A DNA stretch of 64,000 nucleotides from NCBI GenBank assembly GCA_946965045.2, contig OX337237.1, forward strand, positions 62,001-126,000, written 5' to 3'. Source of the DNA: Epithemia pelagica. Its lineage: Eukaryota > Protista > Bacillariophyta. Position 1 is the stretch's first letter. Every line of letters begins with the position of its first letter. The notes beneath the pieces were generated by a model. The model ran no database searches. It was not told the origin of the DNA and worked only from the letters and a program-made list of their open reading frames with translations. Below are positions 1 through 9,840 of this stretch, piece by piece. The translations under genes were made by a program, and so were the position numbers.

Positions 1-1223
1 ACGTGGTGGCAGCTCTTCCAGCCGTAGAAAGCAAAGAAAAGAGAGAGAGAGGGAGAGAGAGCCAACAACGAAATCCAACCAGGTCCCAAGTCCCAACACC
101 ACCAACAACGAGAATGACAACGACAGTGGTGGTTGCAATGCCGCAGAAGAGACACTGCGACCACCACGCCCCCAACCCAAATGACCGCGCGCGCCGTCCT
201 TTGGGGGGAGGGACTGGATTCTGTGACTCAAGTAGGGACAAGCTGTTGCTATTTGGTCTATGGTGCTCCTCTCTCTGCCTAGGAGAGTAGGTAGGCCTCC
301 TAGATACTCCTAGTAGAGATAACTCGTTTTGGTTTTGGTGGAATCATATTGAGTGTGTAGTATGAAAGGGAATGGTACATAGGAATGATCTACTAGTGTA
401 TTCCGTTCCGATAGTGGCAGAGGAGAAGAGTCGTTTTCTTGTCTCGAATTGCGATTTGCCACACAGTTCGGTGTTGCACAGGACGACCCAACGAACGGAC
501 TGGACTGCTTGTCGCCAAAAGACAAATGGTGGTTTCGCTGTATTCTCTACTAGCAACAGCAACGATGCATCCTACCAACAGCGCCAGCGCCAGTCCATGG
601 ACCGAGAGTATGCTTGGTTCTTTCCTCGATTGGGGTGCGTTCGGACCAACACCATTTCGAATCATTGCGGAGAAAAAAAGACGTGACAGCATTGCCATTC
701 CAACCCTCGCAAATGGGACGACGCACAAGAGACTCCAAGGCAGGGAACCATCTCCCCCTGGTACAAGCAGGAAAACACTCTCAAACTAGTGGAGAGCGGA
801 GGTTGCCAGGATTAGGAGATGGTCTCCTTGGAACGGGACTCGCGGAGATTTTGGTTCACGAATCAAAAGCTCTCATTTTTCAGTCGCAGAAGAGGTGCGT
901 TGAGTTGACATCGCTCGTGTCGGTGGATGACGACTGACGACACTCATTGCCTTTCGTCAACACAACAACAACAGTGAGAATTGAGAAACTGGGATACACC
1001 ACCACACAAAGATCTCTCTTGTCTGTTGAGCTCTTGAGTTTGAGAGAGAGAGTGTTCTCGTCTCTTTCCAACCAACGACCACCAGCAAATCTTTGGACCA
1101 CAACCGAACGTCCAAAGAACCAAACGTGTCCAAATTCTTCAAGACTCCCAAACATCCAAACACGCCATTCTATATCATTTCCTGGAAACCAAACAACAAC
1201 AACAACGACAACCACCAGACACA

Positions 1224-1961
1224 ATGGTAGTACAACCAGCATTCCGAATGGAACCGTCCACACTCGCTGCCGCTCCACGATCCTACCACAAAAAGGCCTG
1301 GTGGTCGTACCTGTTGGTGGGTGCCGCCCTCATGACACTGGGAGTCGTCGTTGTTGCTGCCTGGTTGGATTTGCCATTCTCCCCATGGCTTCCACAACAA
1401 CGACAAGAAGGACTGCGAAACTTGGCGTCCTTTGCCGATCTTACCAGTAGCAGTTATCGAACGTCCCATTCCAGCAACAGCCACAACAACAATGACGATG
1501 ATTCCAAAACTTCCAACGACGACGATTCTAGCAGCAGCAGCAATAATGACGATGACAGTGCTTCCTCCAGTGACGACGACAGCACGAGCACGAGCCAAAC
1601 ACCGTCGACCGACGATGATACCGTATCCTCTCTCATTTCCGCGTCCATTACCGTGCGAGACGATATCAATGCCTCCTCCTATCAAACCACGACTACGGCC
1701 GGCAATGCTACGACAACGACTCCTACTACCAAGGGCAATCACACTGCCTCCTCGTCCAAGAAAAAGTCCTCGTCCTCGTCCTCCACGACCTTGCAATTGC
1801 CACCGGAACCCGATCAACCCTCGTGGTGGCCCCTGGGAATTTCCGGGGGATTGGTCCTGGTGGCCACTCTGGCCTGTCTTGTAACGTGTGTGTGTCGACA
1901 AAGTGCCCTGAAACGATCCTCCTATCAACCCATTCCCCATTCCACCACTCTCGTCGTCTAA
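1224..1961 (+). CDS. Membrane protein (245 aa): N-terminal hydrophobic segment, RXL motif, Ser/Asp/Thr-rich domain, C-terminal TM helix and short tail
   Basis: ATG-started ORF. Hydrophobic YLLVGAALMTLGVVVVAAWL, then GLRNL, then SSSSSNNDDDS and SSSKKKSSSSSS tracts, then TM WWPLGISGGLVLVATLACLVTCVC and a tail containing YQPI. Confidence 0.6.
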   Translation: MVVQPAFRMEPSTLAAAPRSYHKKAWWSYLLVGAALMTLGVVVVAAWLDLPFSPWLPQQRQEGLRNLASFADLTSSSYRTSHSSNSHNNNDDDSKTSNDDDSSSSSNNDDDSASSSDDDSTSTSQTPSTDDDTVSSLISASITVRDDINASSYQTTTTAGNATTTTPTTKGNHTASSSKKKSSSSSSTTLQLPPEPDQPSWWPLGISGGLVLVATLACLVTCVCRQSALKRSSYQPIPHSTTLVV

Positions 1962-2662
1962 CAACAACAAGAAGAAGAAGAAGAATACGAATCATGGAGA
2001 ACTCCACGACACGAGCACTCTCCACAGGAAGAAATCCACCATGGCAAGGACGGACAACAAGAACAAATACCATTCACCACCACAACAACAAGGCACACCC
2101 AGTACACACATGCGCACACAATTCGAAACACACAAGAGCATCTCCACCACCACCATGCCCCAGCATCTGCCGCTGCACCCCGACACCACAACCGCCACAT
2201 ATATAGAATGATGGGGTCGAATCCGCCCCCCACACACCACAGAGACGCACCACACTCCACAATTTCCAACACACTATTTCTCTATCCACCACAACCCCAG
2301 CGCACCTGAGTGAAACGAAACAATAGTCTCGACTACTCAACATCTTGACACCCAACAAGACCGACAGAGCACTACCGATAGGCGTGGGCGACACACAATT
2401 GTGCTCCATGTTGTTCTTGTTGTTGTTGTTGTGGTCGGGAGGCACACCACCACAACAAGTCATTCATGCATTCCTTCCTTCATTCATTCCCCCATGTACG
2501 TTGTTCGTGTCACGCTTCTATGCACTCGCTGGTATACCGCTACGACACTAAGAACAGCTATCTAGACACATTCCGCAAGCATACGCTGTATAGTGTAGAT
2601 TCTGTAGTTGGCCCATCCTCCGAGTATCTTATACGACTCTACCTAGACTAGGTATTCGTTGG

Positions 2663-2758
2663 GGCCAGGAACGACACAGCAACCGCCAACACTCTTTTGC
2701 AGGGACGTACGGCCAGGAACGACACAACAACCGCCAACACTCTTTTGCAGGGACGTAC
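2663..2758. repeat. 48-bp tandem duplication (2 copies, 1 mismatch)
   Basis: ggccaggaacgacac(a/g)...gggacgtac at 2663-2710 and 2711-2758. Confidence 0.95.
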
Positions 2759-3143
2759 AAGAGTACTACCACCGGGCTGTCGAGTGATGGGGAGGCGGGA
2801 GAAATGATGGATTTGAGTCGAAACGTTAGAGTGGGTATTCGTCGTAGAATCAAAATGTCATTTTCTATACAGGATGTATGTGATAGGTCTCTTTCGCCTG
2901 CCTAGTAGTATCCATGTGTATGTACAGACACGGTTGACTCGTGGACTCTGCGCACACGTCTTACAACGTAAGAGAGAGAGAGAGAGAGAGAGAGAGCGAT
3001 TCCAAACAAGGTAGTTGCCGTCATGGGCTGGCTGTATGCGTCCGATTTCGTTGGGGCGGCGATTCTCGTGGAACCCAACCAGTGTCCAATAATAGTATAT
3101 GTGTCATGAAGAATGTATATGTATATACAAGAGTATGTATGTT

Positions 3144-5090
3144 TCATGGTTCCCACAATAGGGCGGACCAAACGGTTTCGTCGTCACAGTCCAACGACGT
3201 AGAAGAAGACGAATCTTGGTGGTTGGCTGGCAGCAGAGACGCTTGTGGTGGTGCTTGTTGCACTGCCAGTGCGGCTTGGGCAGTCGTAGCGTGGCTCGCC
3301 GGTGCGGTTGTCGTGGCTGCTGTCAGAGTGCCTGTTGGTTCCTCCGTCGTCGTCCCCGCGTCCTCCGCCAAGGCTCGTAACAGGTCCACCCATTCGTCCT
3401 GGTCCGTATGAATAGTGGATGCGGCTGTTGGTTGCATCACGGCGGGGGTGGACAGCGAAGGAGGAGGAATATTAGGGCAGACGACCGGTTCCGAGGGACC
3501 CATGCAAGAAGGAGGAATTCCGGTGGAGGTTGTGGTGGTCCTTGTTTCGTCCTTGTCCGGATTGATGGTGTTGTTGTTGTGGTTGTGGTTGTGGTTGGTT
3601 TCGGAGGAGGATCGTGGTAGTACGAGATTCCAACACTCCAAGGCGGCCCAGATTTCGTGATTGGACACGAGTGGATGCTGCAATGACGTTTCCTGCCACA
3701 AGTCGGGTTCCAAATCCATGAGCTCCAAGAGCAGCGAGACATCCAAACCATCGTCGTCTTCTTCTTCTTCTTCTTGTTCTGGTTGTTGTGGTGGTTGTTT
3801 TTGTGGTTGTGGTGGTTCCACTGGGTGGTTCGTGTCCTTGTGGGTGTGGTGGTTCCCGCAAGCGTTGGCAGTAGTGGTGGTACTGGTTGTTGGGCAAGTG
3901 CTGGGCAAGTATGTGGTGGAATGGTCGTTTGGTCCTTCTGGTTGCGACGACGACAAGGACAGTGTGTTACCATCGGATAACATGGCAAGTGGTAGATGCA
4001 GAGGCAAGATGGGACATGGTTGCTGTGGTTCTTGTGGTGGTGGTTGAAGCAAGTGTGAATACCAAGTGTTGTTGTTGTTGTTGTTGTTGTGGTTGTCCTG
4101 TTGTGGAACAAAGGCAAGGGATGCCGCCGCACCGCTGCTGCTGGTAGTCGTAGTAGTTGTAACGAGAGGAGGATAGGGCAACAAGGGGCAAAAGGGCGAC
4201 CGTTGTTGTCGTTTGGGTGGCACGTGTGGTTTTTCTTGTTCTTCCAAGAGCATTTGATACCGAATGGCTTGTCCCACCTTTTTGCGCATTTGAAATTGCG
4301 TGGCCAATTTCCAAGCCTGTCGTCGATGCTGTTGTGGTTGCGGCTGTTCCACCTTGGCACGTTTGGTGGGACGATCTTCCTCGGCTTCTTCCGCGGCGTC
4401 TTGTTTCGGTTTTGGTTTCGTCGTTGGGACAATCGTAGGTTGTCGCGGCGCCGAGGGTCGTGTGGGGGCCAAGAAGCGGCCACCCCATCCCTTGACGTGC
4501 GCGACAATGTCCCAGACAATGCGCGTCTTGTGCGCCTTGGTTTCTTGGGCATGATACCGCGTCACGTGTTGCTTGACGACGGCTTGAAATTTTTGATTGC
4601 CAGGCCATCGCACATTGCCGCGTCCGAACAAGACATCGTCCGGTTGCGGATACGGCAACAACAAGGACGACGACGAGATGGTCGAACAGGCCTTGTCGTC
4701 GTCATGGTCGTCCTCCTCTGTCTTGTCATCGTCGTTACTACAAGAGGATGCCGACGAAGACGACGACAAGGACAGGGAAGAGGACGGAGTGCCTTCCTCC
4801 TTATGGCTGTGGGTCTTGAAGAAAGTCTTGTCCTTGTCTAATCTAACGGATGCTTCCTGGTCTTGAGGCGGTGTATCCTTATTGTCCTTGTTGTTATCGT
4901 TGTCCTTTTCCGTGTCTTGATCTTCTCGGGGCCGTTTCGGGAGTTGTGTTTCATGATAGTAATCATGATACTTGGTCTTTTTCTCGTTGGGTGTTTCTTG
5001 GGGGTGTTCCATCATGACAACAAGGTTGGTAGTATCTGTCAAAGAAGCAGGAATTTGATTGGGATGTCGAACTGAAATGGTTTGAATCAT
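3144..5090 (-). CDS. DUF6824-domain protein (648 aa), intronless at the domain end
   Basis: DDVLFGRGNVRWPGNQKFQAVV...VKGWGGRFL...RKKVGQAIRYQM matches the DVLxGRG/GNxxF/GGRFL/KVxQALR pattern of this diatom-expanded family. Flanks are low complexity. Confidence 0.85.
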   Translation of the reverse strand: MIQTISVRHPNQIPASLTDTTNLVVMMEHPQETPNEKKTKYHDYYHETQLPKRPREDQDTEKDNDNNKDNKDTPPQDQEASVRLDKDKTFFKTHSHKEEGTPSSSLSLSSSSSASSCSNDDDKTEEDDHDDDKACSTISSSSLLLPYPQPDDVLFGRGNVRWPGNQKFQAVVKQHVTRYHAQETKAHKTRIVWDIVAHVKGWGGRFLAPTRPSAPRQPTIVPTTKPKPKQDAAEEAEEDRPTKRAKVEQPQPQQHRRQAWKLATQFQMRKKVGQAIRYQMLLEEQEKPHVPPKRQQRSPFCPLLPYPPLVTTTTTTSSSGAAASLAFVPQQDNHNNNNNNNTWYSHLLQPPPQEPQQPCPILPLHLPLAMLSDGNTLSLSSSQPEGPNDHSTTYLPSTCPTTSTTTTANACGNHHTHKDTNHPVEPPQPQKQPPQQPEQEEEEEDDDGLDVSLLLELMDLEPDLWQETSLQHPLVSNHEIWAALECWNLVLPRSSSETNHNHNHNNNTINPDKDETRTTTTSTGIPPSCMGPSEPVVCPNIPPPSLSTPAVMQPTAASTIHTDQDEWVDLLRALAEDAGTTTEEPTGTLTAATTTAPASHATTAQAALAVQQAPPQASLLPANHQDSSSSTSLDCDDETVWSALLWEP

Positions 5091-5126
5091 GCTCGTCGTC
5101 GTAACAGAATGTCGATCAACAGTTTG

Positions 5127-5345
5127 TTTGGATGGACGACTGGAGCGCGCGAGTCCAATTCGACTGTCGTGTCCTGGACAATGACGACTGGAGGAAGGAA
5201 GTAGTCAATGGCTCGATGGAACTGGTGATATGTAGTTTCTTCGGGTGGTGTTTCTTCCCAAGTTACTTGCTTGATTCGACAGAATAGACAATTTGGATGG
5301 ACGACTTGAGTCCAACTAGAGACTGTAGTGTCCTGGACAACGACC
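5127..5345. repeat. Imperfect ~55-bp direct repeat upstream of the DUF6824 gene
   Basis: tttggatggacgact...gagtccaa...gactgt(c/a)gtgtcctggacaa at ~5127-5181 and ~5292-5340. Confidence 0.6.
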
Positions 5346-6039
5346 GGATAGCTTGCGGATGGGTAGATAGTTTCTTCTTCTTCTTCTTCTTCTCCTTCGT
5401 TGTTATTCTTGTTGATGAAATTAAAAAAGGTCTTGTCACCACCGCAAGGTTCCCAAGAAAGTTTCGTTGTCCGAATGAATGTTGTTGACCAACACTACTG
5501 GTTGTCGTTGTTGCAAACAACTAATGAAGAAGGGTCGTCGTGCTTCTTCTTCTTCTTCAAGTCCACAACTCCAGAACCACTTAGAACCAGAGAAAGTGTG
5601 AGGGTGGTTGGTTCAAGATGAAAGAGTCTCTCGAATCATCTGGGAGAAGAGAGAGTGCAACTGTTTTGTGTCCCAACACTCCTCGACCACCACAATTGTG
5701 GCGGAGAATTGTGGGTGTGTCTTTCTTGTTATGGATGAACCATCTTTTGCTGACGACATGTGGAGTGGCCTTCTGTTGTTGCAGCGTGTCCATAACTACT
5801 TGCTGCTGCTCTTGTTGTGGTTGTGGGCAACACATCATCATCCTCATCCTCCTGCGGTTGATGTGGCGCCATAGTGTGGATGGATGGATGATCGAGTTGT
5901 TGCGCGATTTGGAGAATCCAACGTGGAGCGAGGACCGAGGACGGACAAAATCAATATTCCGCCAAATTGTGGAATTGCCGATGCTGCTGCCGGCGGTCGC
6001 CGGCCGGGTCACACTATAGAACAAAATGTACACTGCAAG

Positions 6040-6121
6040 TCGGTAGGGCATTCCTGGCTACTGCCCTCCTTCCTCGGTCTTCGGTAGGGCATTCCTGGCT
6101 ACTGCCCTCCTTCCTCGGTCT
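6040..6121. repeat. 41-bp perfect tandem duplication
   Basis: tcggtagggcattcctggctactgccctccttcctcggtct twice (6040-6080, 6081-6121). Confidence 0.95.
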
Positions 6122-6813
6122 TCGGCCTTTCGGAGCTTCCGAATGGTGTCACCACGCAGGCCGAAGGCCGAACGCCGACACCACGTGAGTCCAACGTGGC
6201 GCCGTGTCGTTAAGTCAGCAGATGGTTTGGTTGCCGTCGTGTCGGTAGGTGTGTGTCGGGTACATGGAGTGTCGTTTGCGGGACACATCTTGTTGGTTCA
6301 TGGGTTGTGCGATCCTGGTATTGTAGTCTAGCCTTAGGTAGGGAGCTATCGAATATTGCATCCATGCGATCACGATCATGGGAGTACGCAATAGCGAAAT
6401 AAGAGTCTTGGACGTTATAGTTATAGTCAGAGAGAGAGAGAGAGGGAAGAAACCGAAGAAACAAACAGGAGTCCAGGTCCAGGCGAGAATCGAGAGAGTG
6501 AGAATTGGTTGGAACGCTTGTTACTTATAATAATAGAATAGAATGGTAAGCGGTTCGTTTTCCCCCAGTAAAGTGTGCCCAAAGTATTGTGTGTGTAATG
6601 GTTCGGCATCCGAGTAGTGCTTCTGTTTCTTCTGGTTGTTTGTTGTTTGGAATGTGCCGAATCGACAACCCACACACACACACACACACAAATTGCATGG
6701 GGTGGTACAACGTCTACCACCAATTCTGGGTGGTCTTTTTGTGTGTCTCGTCCTCTGGACACGAACCACAATCGCGCGCCCACAGTACCCCCCGTTGGGT
6801 TTCAAAACACTGG

Positions 6814-8682
6814 TTAGGAGGATGCTGCTGCTCTGGCCGCAGCATCTTGGGTAAAGACAAATTGTCCCGGATCCTGGTCGTCGGCATTGGTACTCGTGAC
6901 AAATTGACCCAGCACCACTCGACCGTCCGCGTTGTCTCGCAATTGCACGACACTGCCGGGTGGAACTGAAACCCAGCGCGAGGCCTGAATCGGCAAGGGT
7001 CCCTGTGGCACGTCATTGATGTACAACACTGGATCCTGACCCTGAACATTTTGATTGGTCACCAACCAATCGACCGGTTCGGCGTCGAGTTGGGGTGATG
7101 GTGGTTGGTGGTGTTGTGGTTGGTTCTTTTTCTTCTGGGTCAAACTGAGTTGGGTCAAGGGTGTTGTGACGGCATGCTCCAAGGGATCGTCTCGAATCGG
7201 CGTGGCAAATCGCGTCCGGGACAACAAGTGGGTCAGTTCCGGATCCTCATCCGGGGCCTTGTGGTGTCGCGTCTTGTCGCCAAAATTGGTATCGTCATAC
7301 CACGTCTTGGCATACAACAATAGTAAGATCGAACGCAACTTGGGACTGGCATTCCAGCCACCACGATGTTTCAAGCCATAATCCCACACCACGGCATCGC
7401 CCAATTCGAGCAACGGACTGATCCAACACGCGGCCGGACAATGTCCGGGAAATTCAAAGTATTGATGAAACAAACTGCCCGGTTCCGTCCAACTGGTATT
7501 GACCACGGCCGGTTGCGGATGAACGCCATTCAAGGCGGACGATCCCACACAAAATTCCGTCGGTCCCACGGTCCGATCCAAGTCCAAGAGCGGCACGGCC
7601 ATGCTGACACAAAAGGGTGGGACATCGTGTCCGGCCAAACCAAAATGTTGCAATCCCCCATGTTCTTGACCAAACACAAAGCCTTCGTCAAAATGCCAGG
7701 GTTGACCCGGCGTGCCGCCGCCCTGGTTTCCTTCCGACACGAGCGAATTGAGCGATCGCAAGGCCATGTCACGACCGAGAACGCGCGGATGCTGCACCAC
7801 CTCGACAATGCGGCGATTATTCACCAATTCGGCTCGGGCCAAGCGTTCCGGCAAGAGAATTTCGTACCGTCCCCGACCGCGACCCGCGACAAAAATGTTG
7901 TCGCCGCCACTGTTGCTTCCATGCCGACTCGTTGTGCCTTCCTTTAATCCCAACAAGTAGCCGGCATAGTCTTGCCGATACTCTTTCAAAAATTCCGGAT
8001 TGTAGGCATGCTTGAAAATGAGAATGCGACACTTGGTAAAAAGTTCCACGGCTCGTTCCGTCGTATACGTGGGATCGTTCAAATCAATGACGGGATTTTG
8101 ACAGTCCTGGACAATCTTCAAAAAAGTGTGAATGTGTCGATCGGCATTGTTGCGTTCCATGAGGGGGACCAATTCGTGTTGCCGTCGAGCTTGGGTTCGT
8201 TCGGCTTGTTTCATGCGTTCAAGCTCGGTGGGATCCTGGTTCTCTTCTTTTGGTTGTTCCGCTTTGTTTCCTTTGGCCAATTCCTCTTCTTGTTCGTGAA
8301 CGGCATGGTGCAAAATGGTCATCAAATGCGATTGGGTCGTGGCATCCATGCCGCGCAAATGATGTTGGACATGAGTGGTGACTTGGGATGCCACTTGATG
8401 CCATTTGGATTGCAACCAATGAGCCGGACGACGACCACCACCTGATGCAAGTTGTACTGCTTGTTCCTCGCGATTCCATTGCACGCGATAGCCAATCCAG
8501 AGGCAGAGACCGACGGCCACAATCCACAAAATGGTCGTCGTCTTTTGTTTGTTGCGTGACTGTTGCTGTTTGGAAGAATGATAGGGATTGCGAGGACTGG
8601 AAGAAGACACAAACGCAGAGGACCACCTCCAGCCTGGTTGGCTATTCTTGCTCTTGTGCGGAGATGTTGTGCGGCGATCCAT
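6814..8682 (-). CDS. PhyH-family 2OG-Fe(II) dioxygenase with N-terminal signal anchor
   Basis: Motifs PWHFDEG (HxD), GPTEFCVGSS, GDAVVWDYGLKHRGGWN (distal His) and LRSILLLLY...WYDDTNF. TM segment ILWIVAVGLCLWIGY. First ATG at 8682; the ORF track starts at a TTG. Confidence 0.85.
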   Translation of the reverse strand: MDRRTTSPHKSKNSQPGWRWSSAFVSSSSPRNPYHSSKQQQSRNKQKTTTILWIVAVGLCLWIGYRVQWNREEQAVQLASGGGRRPAHWLQSKWHQVASQVTTHVQHHLRGMDATTQSHLMTILHHAVHEQEEELAKGNKAEQPKEENQDPTELERMKQAERTQARRQHELVPLMERNNADRHIHTFLKIVQDCQNPVIDLNDPTYTTERAVELFTKCRILIFKHAYNPEFLKEYRQDYAGYLLGLKEGTTSRHGSNSGGDNIFVAGRGRGRYEILLPERLARAELVNNRRIVEVVQHPRVLGRDMALRSLNSLVSEGNQGGGTPGQPWHFDEGFVFGQEHGGLQHFGLAGHDVPPFCVSMAVPLLDLDRTVGPTEFCVGSSALNGVHPQPAVVNTSWTEPGSLFHQYFEFPGHCPAACWISPLLELGDAVVWDYGLKHRGGWNASPKLRSILLLLYAKTWYDDTNFGDKTRHHKAPDEDPELTHLLSRTRFATPIRDDPLEHAVTTPLTQLSLTQKKKNQPQHHQPPSPQLDAEPVDWLVTNQNVQGQDPVLYINDVPQGPLPIQASRWVSVPPGSVVQLRDNADGRVVLGQFVTSTNADDQDPGQFVFTQDAAARAAASS

Positions 8683-8770
8683 GGTGATTGTGGTTCTTCT
8701 TGTTGTGGGTGGAGTGTGAGGAGTCAATACTCTACACGAGAAAAAAAGAATGACTTCGTTGCTTTCTTCC

Positions 8771-8814
8771 TCTTCTTCTTCTTCTTCTTCTTCTTCTTCT
8801 TCTTCTTCTTCTTC
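8771..8814. repeat. (TTC)n microsatellite. Other microsatellites: (AG)n ~2970-2996 and ~12847-12878, (ACAG)n ~9061-9085, (CA)n ~6670-6690, (GT)n ~49805-49825
   Basis: Read directly from the sequence. Confidence 0.95.
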
Positions 8815-9840
8815 AGGTCAATGAGACCGTTCCTCCGTCTCTCTGCTTCCTGTTTTGGATCGCCCCGAAATTTAGAAGCTCTAAACTGATCTCGGTGCCT
8901 CCTGTTTCTTTGTTGTTGCTTCACACTGCGAATAGTCTGGGTTGCAAAAAAAATGACAGCACTTGCTCTGCCATTTGCCATCTTGCAAAATTTGAAATTT
9001 GGCCCCGTCATCGTCTTGGAGTCGTGCGAGTCCGGCTCGCGTGTGTCTTTGCGGATGAACAGACAGACAGACAGACAGACAGACAGTACGGTATGTACAA
9101 TGGCAGTTGCTATTCCCCATTCCCCCATGTTTTTTCTGTGGGACATGCACGATCCAAGGCGACCATGGCCGCACAACGGTATCCGTTGCGGTCCTTTCGA
9201 AATGGATCGTGCGGGAGTGGACACAAACGACTTGCGTTCAAATGAGAATCCTCTCTGTAGGTTGTTCGGATTGGTACAAATCTCACCACAAAAACTCGTT
9301 CGGAAAGTCCATCGACGAAACGACTCTCTGTTATCCAACTAACTGAGTCCGGAATACTAGCTAGAGAATGTCTACTTGGAGTCTCGAGCGATCCGAAAAG
9401 ACAAAAAAAGACAAAATTGGAACTAGTCAATGATTCGTGTCATTTCTAGATGGGCGAACGAAGAAGAAGAAGAACAGATCACGATACCAAGAACACCAAA
9501 CAGCAAGGACTGGATGTTTGCGCCAAAGTAGGTAGGTAGTCATGTAGGTATATGCAAAGGACCCATCCTTCCATGTACAAGAAATGCAGTCATCTGTATA
9601 TATGTATGCATGCAAGGCCGATTGAAACGAGTTGGGTTTTGGGGCTTGTTGGGTTGGTGGTTTGGAGACTTGCGCGTGCGCACAATGACGGATCCCTGGA
9701 AGCATACCCTTGGGGATAGAGGTCGGCCCGTCGCTTGTTTCTCTCTCGTTTGTAGCTCGGATTCTCTATGAGTAGAGACGGCTTGTCGAGTCCCGTTGTT
9801 GTTTCCGAAGAGAGTGGGTCTTGGGTCTGTGGTCGGATGA

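Noticed and set aside
2663-6121. 48-bp and 41-bp repeats as possible CRISPR repeats
   Set aside because: Only two abutting copies each, no spacers, no cas genes, and a eukaryotic context.
6040-6230. Small hairpins (agggca/tgccct; ggcctttcgg/ccgaaggcc) as an ncRNA or MITE
   Set aside because: Stems are short, and no TIR/TSD pair or RNA family signature is present.
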